Assembly: GCA_000686145.1 (NCBI GenBank)
Contig: JMMB01000001.1
Location: 1-24,000 of the forward strand
DNA: 24,000 bases
Direction of reading: 5' to 3'
Source of the DNA: Peptostreptococcaceae bacterium VA2
GTDB lineage: Bacteria > Bacillota > Clostridia > Peptostreptococcales > Peptostreptococcaceae
The notes beneath the pieces are model-generated. The model was not told the DNA's origin. It saw nothing but the letters and a program-made list of their open reading frames with translations, and ran no database searches. The stretch's first letter is position 1. Each line of letters begins with the position of its first letter. Shown here in pieces: positions 15,514 to 23,905 of the stretch. The position numbers and the translations under genes were made by a program.

Positions 15514-16746
15514 CTATATCATTGAATCTTCTAACAGTAATTTTTTTTGATCATTTTCTAATAAATTCTTATCTTGATTTAAAGAGATAGTATCGCCATA
15601 ACTTAAGGCCATATTTTCAATGATACCACTTGTTATTTGACCTGTTTGCTCTATAGTTTTTTCCTTTGACTTTAAAAATCCAGCTATAATTTGATTTTGT
15701 CTAGATGAAACTCCTTCTAGTTGCTTAAACATAATCTCTGTTTGTATAGCTGCATCTTTTTCAATCATATTTTTATACATATTGTAAGAATCCGAACCCT
15801 TCTCAAAGCCTTCCATAATTCCTAAAAGCATTGGGAACTTATTAGCTTGATAATCTAAATTATCAGCTTTTATCTTATCTGCTAATTCCCCATAGAACCT
15901 TTCTATATCTTTATTTAAAGCTAAAGACCCTTTTTCTATTATTTCTAATCTTTTTTCAGTTATTTCATCTAACTTACTTTGCATAGCTACTATTGTTTGA
16001 GCTATACAACTTAAACCTCTAGCCTTGGCTTCCTCATGAGCTAATTTAAAATAATATTCTTTTTCTAAAACATCTAACTTAACATCTCTTATTAAATTTA
16101 TTTTTTCTTGCTCCATGTGGACTAAGTTTATTTTTAAATCTCTTTCTATCTCTGCTATTTTAACTTTATCTGGTTCATACGTAGTAGTTGTTGAACTCCT
16201 ACTTCCTCCTACACTACTTTTTCCACCAAATAAACCACCTATAAATCCACCTATTTTTCCTAGTAATCCCATGCTTTCTGTACTCCTTATTGTATTACAA
16301 TCCTTATTAAGTATCGTATTGAATATTTTGTCTATTTGAACACTTCTAAATCTACCTAAAGTACATACATTTGAAAAATGTTCACAGTTATTAAATATTA
16401 AATTATATCCATTATCACCTATACAACATCGTGCATATTGGACTATATGCTCCGCTGGATATAAATCTTTTATTTCTTCTTCCGTATATTCCTTAACCTC
16501 TAATATTCCATCTTTCAAGAACACATCTAAATTAGTTGTAATAACTTCATTTTTTGACCAATCTAATATATTATCATTGTCTTGTCCTGTAAAGTGAATA
16601 ACTTCATCATGAGATACATATATCCCATGATGATTATAAATACCTCTATTAACTCTTATATGATCACCTTTTGATGGTTCTTTCTCTGCCCATATTTCAT
16701 TAGGTGTTTGAACTACTAAATTTGGATATTTTGGTACTACACTCAT
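15514..16746 (-). CDS. LRAT / NlpC-P60 superfamily (PLAAT-like) domain protein with a glycine-zipper and coiled-coil C-terminal region
   Basis: The N-terminal ~140 aa contain GDHIRVNRGIYNHHGIYVSHDEVIHF (His box) and YNLIFNNCEHFSNVC (NCEHF catalytic-Cys motif). These are followed by GLLGKIGGFIGGLFGGKSSVGGS and ~220 aa of heptad-rich sequence. The start is 10 nt after the upstream gene's stop. Confidence 0.75.
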   Translation of the reverse strand: MSVVPKYPNLVVQTPNEIWAEKEPSKGDHIRVNRGIYNHHGIYVSHDEVIHFTGQDNDNILDWSKNEVITTNLDVFLKDGILEVKEYTEEEIKDLYPAEHIVQYARCCIGDNGYNLIFNNCEHFSNVCTLGRFRSVQIDKIFNTILNKDCNTIRSTESMGLLGKIGGFIGGLFGGKSSVGGSRSSTTTTYEPDKVKIAEIERDLKINLVHMEQEKINLIRDVKLDVLEKEYYFKLAHEEAKARGLSCIAQTIVAMQSKLDEITEKRLEIIEKGSLALNKDIERFYGELADKIKADNLDYQANKFPMLLGIMEGFEKGSDSYNMYKNMIEKDAAIQTEIMFKQLEGVSSRQNQIIAGFLKSKEKTIEQTGQITSGIIENMALSYGDTISLNQDKNLLENDQKKLLLEDSMI

Positions 16747-16756
16747 ATTAATCCCC

Positions 16757-18838
16757 TTAAGCCATTAATTCTTTTCTCATCTTATACATCAATGAGTTAA
16801 ATTGCTTTTCTCTATTAGACTTTTCTTCACTATATAATTGTGCATCTGATATATAGTTTTCAATATTTCTTCTTTTTAAATCTGCAAATTGATTTAATAT
16901 TGTTTCAGATATTTTATTAAAATCCTTATCCTTTACAAAATATAATACTTCATTTACTTGTAAATCAATTATTGACTCTGCCCATTTAAGTAAAAATATT
17001 CTATCTTCAACGCTATCTAACTTAAATATAATATCTTGTAGTCTATTTTGGAATTTAACAGTTATTTTATATAGGTCACTTTCTACTTCAAGCTTTTCTT
17101 GAATATCTCCACCTGATACAAATGCATATTTTTGATGTATATTTTTTCTTTCATTCTTATAGAAATCATCTAAATCGTTATTGTATTGTTCTAATATGCT
17201 TATAACTTCTTCAATCATATATTTTGATTCATTTTCATCTTGAATAACTGATACAATAGATTTTTTGATACCTTGTTTGATTAATTCTGTAAAACTTTCT
17301 TCTATTGTATATTTTTTATTTCTCCAGTCTTTATACCAAGACATATACATATCTTCTTCTATTCCATCATCTTCACTTAAAGATTTTAAATCTTCTTTAT
17401 CTTTAGTTTTAAATACTTTGTAATTTTCACTCCATTTAGACTCTGCATTGATTACATTTATTACAAAATCTTTATTAGCTTCAAAATATTCTACTTTAAC
17501 TAAAGCATTTTTTATTATATTCGCAGTATTTTCTGCTATAAAATTAAAACTAGCTCTTTTTTCTTCTTTTAGCTCTGCTAGTAATAGTATTGAATTTTCA
17601 TTGTCATTTATTTCTTCAATTCTTGATTCTAGCTTATCTGCCTGACTTTTTACTGATAGTAGTTTAGTTTTAATACTACTCATTCCTAGGTCGATATTTT
17701 TTCTTAAAAATGCTTGTCTATTTTTTAAAAGTGTATTTTCTTCTTCATCTAACTTTAGATTATCTTCATACTTTTTAGATAGTTTAAGTCCACATACATT
17801 GAATTCTCTTATAATATCCCACTTTATTTCTTCAAAGTATTGTAATTTTGATATTAAGTCATCTATCCAACGTTGTATTGCTTCATAATATTTTATTATT
17901 GATGAATCTATTAAATTAATATCGTAGTTTATAAGTATTAAATTATAATCAAATGTTGATGATAACAACACTTCTGTTTGAAGCTCCTCTATTTTTGATT
18001 GAATTTCATTTAATTTATTTAAAAGAATAGGTTTTTCTTTATAAATACTTCTATAAAGTATAGTAATCTCTTCATCTTTAAATATTGGTTCTAAGTTGTT
18101 ATTAGTAAGTAAACTTAAAAACATTTGCAACTTTTCTTTCTTGGTATACACTTTATTATACTCATTTATATTAGATTCATATTTATCATTTGAAAAATTA
18201 TAACTACAAGCTATTATTCCTCCATAACAATACTCAGAACAAATATTATTACTATTTATAACTTTTAATTTTTCAGGATAACTCTTTTCAAAAGTATACC
18301 AATACTTTGAACTCTCAAGATGTTTTTTCGATGGAAAATCATAATCATTTATTAAACTATGTAAATAATCTCTTTCAATAAAGTTCCATTTTTTACATCC
18401 TTCTAATTTTAAATGTCCAACAATTTTTCTAGCCACTTCATTATCATAGTAATTTCCATTATTATCTTTATATTTAAAGTAATCTAGATTTGTTATAATT
18501 GCCCCTGTTTTTTTATCCATAATAATCTCAGGTTTATTTTTAAATAAATAATATCTTTGTTTATCTATTGCCTCTAATATTCTATCTATTCCATCGCTAG
18601 CAAGTAGATTAATTTCACTATTTAGTGAAACCAATCTACTTGCTATATTCTCTAAATCATTTTTCACCTTACTTTGCTTAGATAAAAGCTCTGACTTTTC
18701 ATTATTTAAATCTAATACTTTCTTTACATTAACAACATTATCTATACCTTCACAATTTTCCTGTATTATTGTTATTTGTTTTAATAAATCCTCTTTTAAT
18801 GATGTTAATTCTCCTAATGTTTTTTCTTCACAATTCAT
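16757..18838 (-). CDS. Large (693-aa) coiled-coil-rich protein of unknown function
   Basis: Uninterrupted 2082-nt ORF with RBS AGGAGAG. I see no Walker A, nuclease or other catalytic motif. Long K/E/L-rich heptad segments are present. Confidence 0.75.
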   Translation of the reverse strand: MNCEEKTLGELTSLKEDLLKQITIIQENCEGIDNVVNVKKVLDLNNEKSELLSKQSKVKNDLENIASRLVSLNSEINLLASDGIDRILEAIDKQRYYLFKNKPEIIMDKKTGAIITNLDYFKYKDNNGNYYDNEVARKIVGHLKLEGCKKWNFIERDYLHSLINDYDFPSKKHLESSKYWYTFEKSYPEKLKVINSNNICSEYCYGGIIACSYNFSNDKYESNINEYNKVYTKKEKLQMFLSLLTNNNLEPIFKDEEITILYRSIYKEKPILLNKLNEIQSKIEELQTEVLLSSTFDYNLILINYDINLIDSSIIKYYEAIQRWIDDLISKLQYFEEIKWDIIREFNVCGLKLSKKYEDNLKLDEEENTLLKNRQAFLRKNIDLGMSSIKTKLLSVKSQADKLESRIEEINDNENSILLLAELKEEKRASFNFIAENTANIIKNALVKVEYFEANKDFVINVINAESKWSENYKVFKTKDKEDLKSLSEDDGIEEDMYMSWYKDWRNKKYTIEESFTELIKQGIKKSIVSVIQDENESKYMIEEVISILEQYNNDLDDFYKNERKNIHQKYAFVSGGDIQEKLEVESDLYKITVKFQNRLQDIIFKLDSVEDRIFLLKWAESIIDLQVNEVLYFVKDKDFNKISETILNQFADLKRRNIENYISDAQLYSEEKSNREKQFNSLMYKMRKELMA

Positions 18839-18896
18839 TTTACTCTCTCCTAAATAAAAAATAATCCCTTAAACAAACCAAATTTTAATTTTATAT

Positions 18897-19337
18897 CTAT
18901 TCTAAAATAGAATTTTTCAACTCTTTTATCTGTTTTGTAGATTCATAACTATCAATTAGTAAAAAAGATTCTAAATCAGTTACCTCACTACCTAGAATCT
19001 CTACATAAAGTAAATTATTCAATGGGCTTTGCTTTATATCATCAATTTTACCTGTAAGAACATCTAATATTAAAGTTAATATCATATCAATTGTAACGCC
19101 ATTTGCTCTTAATAACTTCCCATGTGCTATTCTAACCAAAGTCATATCATTATCCTCAAATAATAATACACACTTATCTAAATCAGCTAAAATTTTAGTC
19201 TTATTAATCAAAGTGTAACCATTATCAGATAATGTCTTAAGAAAATCATGTATAAACTCTCTATCTCTAGGATAAATACACTCTCCATTTATGCTAGAGA
19301 TTAAAATTTTATCACCTTTCATAGCCCTTACATTCAT
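18897..19337 (-). CDS. Hypothetical protein (146 aa)
   Basis: The start is moved to the ATG at 19337 (GGAGAG 7 nt upstream), which removes the overlap with the upstream gene. I recognise no motif. Confidence 0.6.
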   Translation of the reverse strand: MNVRAMKGDKILISSINGECIYPRDREFIHDFLKTLSDNGYTLINKTKILADLDKCVLLFEDNDMTLVRIAHGKLLRANGVTIDMILTLILDVLTGKIDDIKQSPLNNLLYVEILGSEVTDLESFLLIDSYESTKQIKELKNSILE

Positions 19338-19362
19338 AAGTATACTCTCCATTATTATTAAC

Positions 19363-19599
19363 TTATTTTCTATACTTTGAAAAATCAATAACTTCCGCTA
19401 AGACCTTTTTTTCTTCTACAACAATTCTTTCTAAAGTCTGTTTATCTAAATAAGTATGAACTCCATCTTCTTCTATATCTGGTAATGCATACTCCATATA
19501 ATCAACCCATAGTTCTTCATTACTTAGCTTAGTATTGTAATACTTAAAATAATAAGTAATGCTTCCACTAATCTTTAACCACAGTTTTTTATCATCCAT
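19363..19599 (-). CDS. Hypothetical protein (78 aa, acidic)
   Basis: RBS AGGAGG upstream. No convincing terminator separates it from the Rep gene. Confidence 0.6.
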   Translation of the reverse strand: MDDKKLWLKISGSITYYFKYYNTKLSNEELWVDYMEYALPDIEEDGVHTYLDKQTLERIVVEEKKVLAEVIDFSKYRK

Positions 19600-19661
19600 A
19601 AAAACCTCCTAAAAACAGTATCTAAAACATAAAAGCGAAACAGTACTAAAGTACCCCAATA

Positions 19662-20921
19662 CTAAGAGGACGTTTCATTAAACTTTTTTTCTTTAATTTC
19701 TTTTATAATTTGAGATACTCTTCCCTTTGTTAATCCCAATTCTTTAACTATTTGTACTTGTTTATATCCTTTTTCATATAGCTCTTTTACTGCATTAATA
19801 TTATCTAATCTATCTTGTTCCCTTTTAGTTAATCCATTTTCATTTCTTCTTTTAGCTTTTTTCTTTTCTTTTTGTTCCTCTGCACTTCTTCTATATTTTT
19901 CTTTGCCAGATATAATCGTTATTAGATGTTCCTGCTCTTGTAAAGATATATCTAATATCTCAATTAATTTTGTATTAGTATATTTGTATAATTTATTTTC
20001 ATAGGCTCTTGTAGCCGACTTAGTATCTCTGATAACTTCATTCTCTGGTAATGGCTTTTTAAACATATCATTTAACTCTAGTGCTCTTCTTAAAGCTTCC
20101 TCTGCATCTTCTGTAAAGCAGGCTGAGTAATACCTATATAAAAACAATATAACTTCTCTATGCCCTTCTACATCATAATTTCTAAGTTCACAAACCTTAG
20201 TTATATCAATTACTCTTGCATGATAAAGACTATATTCAGTAAAAAGGCTCACCATTTTTTTAGGTCTACCCTTTGACTTCTTCTTTTTATTTATCTCCGG
20301 TAAATATTCCTCTTGTATTTCTTTTAATGAATACTCATAATCATATGCATCCAAAATCTCAACACAAGTTCCACTCTTTGAATTCATAGTACCAACTATC
20401 CTTAAAACTCTAGTTGGATCAAGTGCATTTGCATCTGCTCCAAATTGTTTTAAAGAATTAAATAAATATCTTTGTACCGCATACCATAAAGGTAGCGCCA
20501 TACTTGGAACTGGTTTTATTAAAATAACATAATAAAGTCCACGCCCACTATCTATTAAATAATTAGGTCTTGGTATTTTAGATCCATATAAGTCATGTTC
20601 TAAAAAATATTGAACTGCATCTTTAGTATATTTTGAGTTGTAGCAATCTATATCAATATAAACAGCTCTAAGCTCCTTTATATTCTCAATTCTTCTTTGT
20701 GGTCTATAAAATGTATTTTGAGATACATAAGTATTTATATTACTTATAATTTCATCACTTCTTTGTAGTAAATCATCTTTTTTATAGTGCCATTGGCTAT
20801 AGTCAGGATTTTTCTTAGCAATAGTTATATATCCTTCGCTGTCTTTATGTAAATTTGTTAAATGTTTCCTTGATTCATCTATGTTAACTTCATCATTTTC
20901 CTTTAATTTAAATGCTTGCAT
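19662..20921 (-). CDS. Plasmid/element replication protein, primase-polymerase (AEP)-like N-domain with a C-terminal HTH
   Basis: The sequence has ELRAVYIDIDC (DxD), SGRGLYYV and TRVLRIVGTMNSKSG, which resemble AEP/prim-pol Rep motifs. A basic linker is followed by the HTH GYKQVQIVKELGLTKGRVSQIIKEIK. RBS AGGGGGAG. Confidence 0.55.
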   Translation of the reverse strand: MQAFKLKENDEVNIDESRKHLTNLHKDSEGYITIAKKNPDYSQWHYKKDDLLQRSDEIISNINTYVSQNTFYRPQRRIENIKELRAVYIDIDCYNSKYTKDAVQYFLEHDLYGSKIPRPNYLIDSGRGLYYVILIKPVPSMALPLWYAVQRYLFNSLKQFGADANALDPTRVLRIVGTMNSKSGTCVEILDAYDYEYSLKEIQEEYLPEINKKKKSKGRPKKMVSLFTEYSLYHARVIDITKVCELRNYDVEGHREVILFLYRYYSACFTEDAEEALRRALELNDMFKKPLPENEVIRDTKSATRAYENKLYKYTNTKLIEILDISLQEQEHLITIISGKEKYRRSAEEQKEKKKAKRRNENGLTKREQDRLDNINAVKELYEKGYKQVQIVKELGLTKGRVSQIIKEIKEKKFNETSS

Positions 20922-21367
20922 TAAAAAAACTCCCCCTATTTCCGATAATGCACCTAAAAAAGATAAGAGAAGTTGTTTATATATATTGTCACTTCTTTAG
21001 CCATGTGATAAAATAGCTATATAAAACAAAACTATATAAAAACTCTCTATTAAGATTCTCTTATCTTTTTAGGGTTAATGTTAAAAGTTAGGATTTCTGT
21101 TTGGCGACGGGTTTCCTGACTTTTTTTATTATCCGATTAATATAGGTAAATTGTAACATAAAATTACTTTTTAGTACATACAAAGCGACACAGCACTAAG
21201 AGAACATTTAAGTTGACATCCTTTATGCCTCTAAAGACTTTAATAGCTTATTTATTGCTTGTCTAATTACACCCACTTTAATTTCTATTTATTATTATAA
21301 AATAGTATCAAGATTAAAGTCATCCATACTAATTTGGATGCTATCTTTCTTAACTTTTAGAGTGTTT

Positions 21368-21911
21368 TTAATTTTCAGAAAATTTATTTACTTTCGAATT
21401 ATTATTTACTTTATTCCACATATATTTTGATACTATCGGCTCTATGTTGAAGTTAATCTCATTCTTTTCTTTTTTGCTATGATACTCAAATACTCCAATA
21501 TAGTTTTTGTTTTTTAATATATAATCTACCTTCTGCTTTGAAAATACATACTTAGTTCCTATCTTAGCTAATGAAACGCCCTTAGACCTTAATTTAAATA
21601 TATCTTTTACTATTTTAGCTTCGTCTTCATCAATTTCAAATTTACCATGTTTATTTACTTTATATCCTAATGATGGCTTACCACCAACCCATTTATTTTC
21701 ATTAAGTCTTGCTATTCTACCATTGCGAGTTCTTTCATTTATAATAGCTCTTTCAAACTCTGCAAAGCTTCCTAGCATCTGTAAGAACAACATCCCTTGT
21801 GGTGTTGAGGTATCAAACATTTCTGTAACGCTTACTAAAGCAACCTCATGCTCTTGCAGTTCATAGATCATAGTCAATAGATTATATAGACTCCTATCAT
21901 TCTATAACGGT
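21368..21911 (-). pseudogene. Serine recombinase paralog lacking the N-terminal catalytic ~100 aa
   Basis: Collinear with codons ~105-end of 1426-2180, roughly 85-90% nucleotide identity by eye. Homology (..NDRSLYNLLTMIYELQ) stops at 21911, exactly where the TIR element begins. The C-terminus ..YIGVFEYHSKKEKNEINFNIEPIVSKYMWNKV.. is intact. Confidence 0.8.
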
Positions 21912-22175
21912 ATCGTAAGCAAAATGCGGATTTTTAACGGTAAAGAAATTTATTGTAGTATTTTTAATATTTTAACAACACTAAGTGCTTTTAAAGTACA
22001 ATACTTTTTACAAGTTTCAAATTTAATTATCAATCTGACACAAGTCATATGGCTCACTTCAAAAGCTTGATTTTACTTGTATTTATAAATATTTCAATAG
22101 AGTCTACTTTATCGCAACATTGCTTAGCGTTATAAATCCGCATAATCTGACGATACCCAATATAGTATTACCTAG
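21912..22175. mobile_element. 264-bp non-coding element with ~45-bp imperfect terminal inverted repeats (MITE-like or recombination-site module)
   Basis: Left end: ctataacggtatcgtaagcaaaatgcggatttttaacggtaaag. Reverse complement of the right end: ctatattgggtatcgtcagattatgcggatttataacgctaag. The shared blocks are ctata, ggtatcgt, atgcggattt and taacg. There is no ORF. Confidence 0.5.
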
Positions 22176-22184
22176 CTCTTTATT

Positions 22185-23492
22185 TTAGTTATTACTTATT
22201 GTTTTTAAAATTACATCTATAGGATTTTCCCAAACTTCTACATTAATATCTGGCATTAAAACAGTTTCATTGTCTCTAGATGCATCAGGTCTTAACCATT
22301 TTTTATATGAAATTTGGATCTCTAGTCCTGAATTTTCTAATTTAGGCCTTAATCCATCTCCAAATGAAGATGGTCTATTACTACTTGGCTTTCCTACTAT
22401 TGTTCCTAAATTCCCATCCTTAACCCATGTGGCTATCCATTGGGCTGAACTAAATGTGTTTTCATTAGTTATAATAAATAAGTTTATATCTTCATTTTTT
22501 ACCACACTATTGTTTCTTTCAAAAGTATCATAACCATCTTTTTTTAAATTTGGATATATTGATTGTGCTAAAGGTGAATATCTCACAATACTTCCAAAAT
22601 TTCCATGCTTAAATTTAAGTGCATTAAGTATCATACTACCCGCTTCTGACGTTCCTCCACCATTATCTCTAACATCTATTATTACATTTTCTAAGTCTTT
22701 ATTTATTTTTTTGTTTATATGTTCTATGACTTGATATAATTGTTCATTTACTTCACAAGTACCTAACTTAATATACATTGTTTGATTATCAATCATATTA
22801 CTTAAAATTTTATTTTTGTGGTCTGAGTGTTTTTTATTTTTTATAAATGTTATTTTTTCTTTTGTTTCTTTATATCCATCTTTTATAGTTATTATTATAT
22901 CTTTTGAACAATCAACACCTGCACTCATTAATACTAATTTATACTTTGATATTTCTGATCGATTTAAACTATTGCCAACAAAGTTTTCGGATGCAGAGAT
23001 TCTATCTACTTCATCTATAATTTTATGTATTTTTATATTATTTATTTTTGTAACAGTTTTTTTTGTAGGTTTGTTGTTTTCATCAAAAATTACTAATTCA
23101 TCATTTGTATATTTCCAATTAATATCTAAGTACATTGATGGTATCCATAATACACCTGTATGTCCATCTTCTATTGAAGATAAATATTTGCTTAATGCTA
23201 ATTGAAATTCACCTACTGTCATACATCTATTAGTTTCCTTTATAAATTGTCTTTTTATCTTTATATACTTTTTAGGATATTTATCTAAGAAAATTGGGTG
23301 TACACCCTCCATAGACTTTATCGCTTTATCCCTATCCTCTTTTATATCTCTTTTATTAACTTCCCTATCTAACTTATATTCATTTGTATATAAATGTCTA
23401 TCGTAACAATTACTAAGCTTATTTAGATTATATATAACTATGCAAAATATTAATATTAAGAAAATTCTATACATAGTAGCACGTTTTTTCAT
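22185..23492 (-). CDS. S41 family peptidase (C-terminal processing / tail-specific type), membrane-anchored
   Basis: N-terminal signal/anchor sequence. The motifs VIIDVRDNGGGTSEAG and ITNENTFSSAQW...GTIVGKPSSN match the S41 core. RBS GGAGGA. Confidence 0.8.
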   Translation of the reverse strand: MKKRATMYRIFLILIFCIVIYNLNKLSNCYDRHLYTNEYKLDREVNKRDIKEDRDKAIKSMEGVHPIFLDKYPKKYIKIKRQFIKETNRCMTVGEFQLALSKYLSSIEDGHTGVLWIPSMYLDINWKYTNDELVIFDENNKPTKKTVTKINNIKIHKIIDEVDRISASENFVGNSLNRSEISKYKLVLMSAGVDCSKDIIITIKDGYKETKEKITFIKNKKHSDHKNKILSNMIDNQTMYIKLGTCEVNEQLYQVIEHINKKINKDLENVIIDVRDNGGGTSEAGSMILNALKFKHGNFGSIVRYSPLAQSIYPNLKKDGYDTFERNNSVVKNEDINLFIITNENTFSSAQWIATWVKDGNLGTIVGKPSSNRPSSFGDGLRPKLENSGLEIQISYKKWLRPDASRDNETVLMPDINVEVWENPIDVILKTISNN

Positions 23493-23659
23493 GTATTATC
23501 CTCCATTTATATATTTAAAGTAAAATATCTCTTACTAAAATTATATATGCATTTTTAATATATATAATTTTATTTATGTATATTTTCTAAATTTTTATAA
23601 TATTAATTATTATCATTCTATTTCATCATAAAATAATTCTATATCTAGGAGGTGTTCTT

Positions 23660-23827
23660 ATGGAAATAATAAAAAAATCTGAAGGTATATCACCATATGT
23701 AATTGAATGTGGACCTAATGGTAGATGTGATAGTCAATGTTCTTGCAGGACTGCTTGTGTAAATAAATGTAAGGGACAGCAATGTGGTGTTCAAGTGTGT
23801 GTAGGACCACTTGGAAGAGTTTCATAA
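23660..23827 (+). CDS. Cys-rich RiPP precursor peptide (8 Cys in 55 aa; SCIFF/ranthipeptide-like, possibly the 'Clo7bot' type)
   Basis: MEIIKKSEGISPYVIECGPNGRCDSQCSCRTACVNKCKGQQCGVQVCVGPLGRVS, absent from the ORF track. Strong RBS AGGAGGTG. A paralogous leader lies at 1184. Confidence 0.75.
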   Translation: MEIIKKSEGISPYVIECGPNGRCDSQCSCRTACVNKCKGQQCGVQVCVGPLGRVS

Positions 23828-23905
23828 AAAATTATATATAAGTATAAAAGATGTATAATGATTTAAATCATTATACATCTAAATTTACATATGGAGGAAT
23901 AATTA

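Noticed and set aside
15209-17645. Track ORFs 15209-15421, 16115-16339 and 17448-17645 (plus strand)
   Set aside because: They lie entirely within, and antisense to, long minus-strand genes that have good RBSs.
18897-19599. A 26-nt overlap between the 78-aa and 163-aa ORFs as programmed coupling
   Set aside because: An internal ATG at 19337 with GGAGAG 7 nt upstream is a better start and removes the overlap.
22270-23205. Track ORFs 22270-22533 and 22816-23205 (plus strand)
   Set aside because: They are antisense to the S41 peptidase gene.
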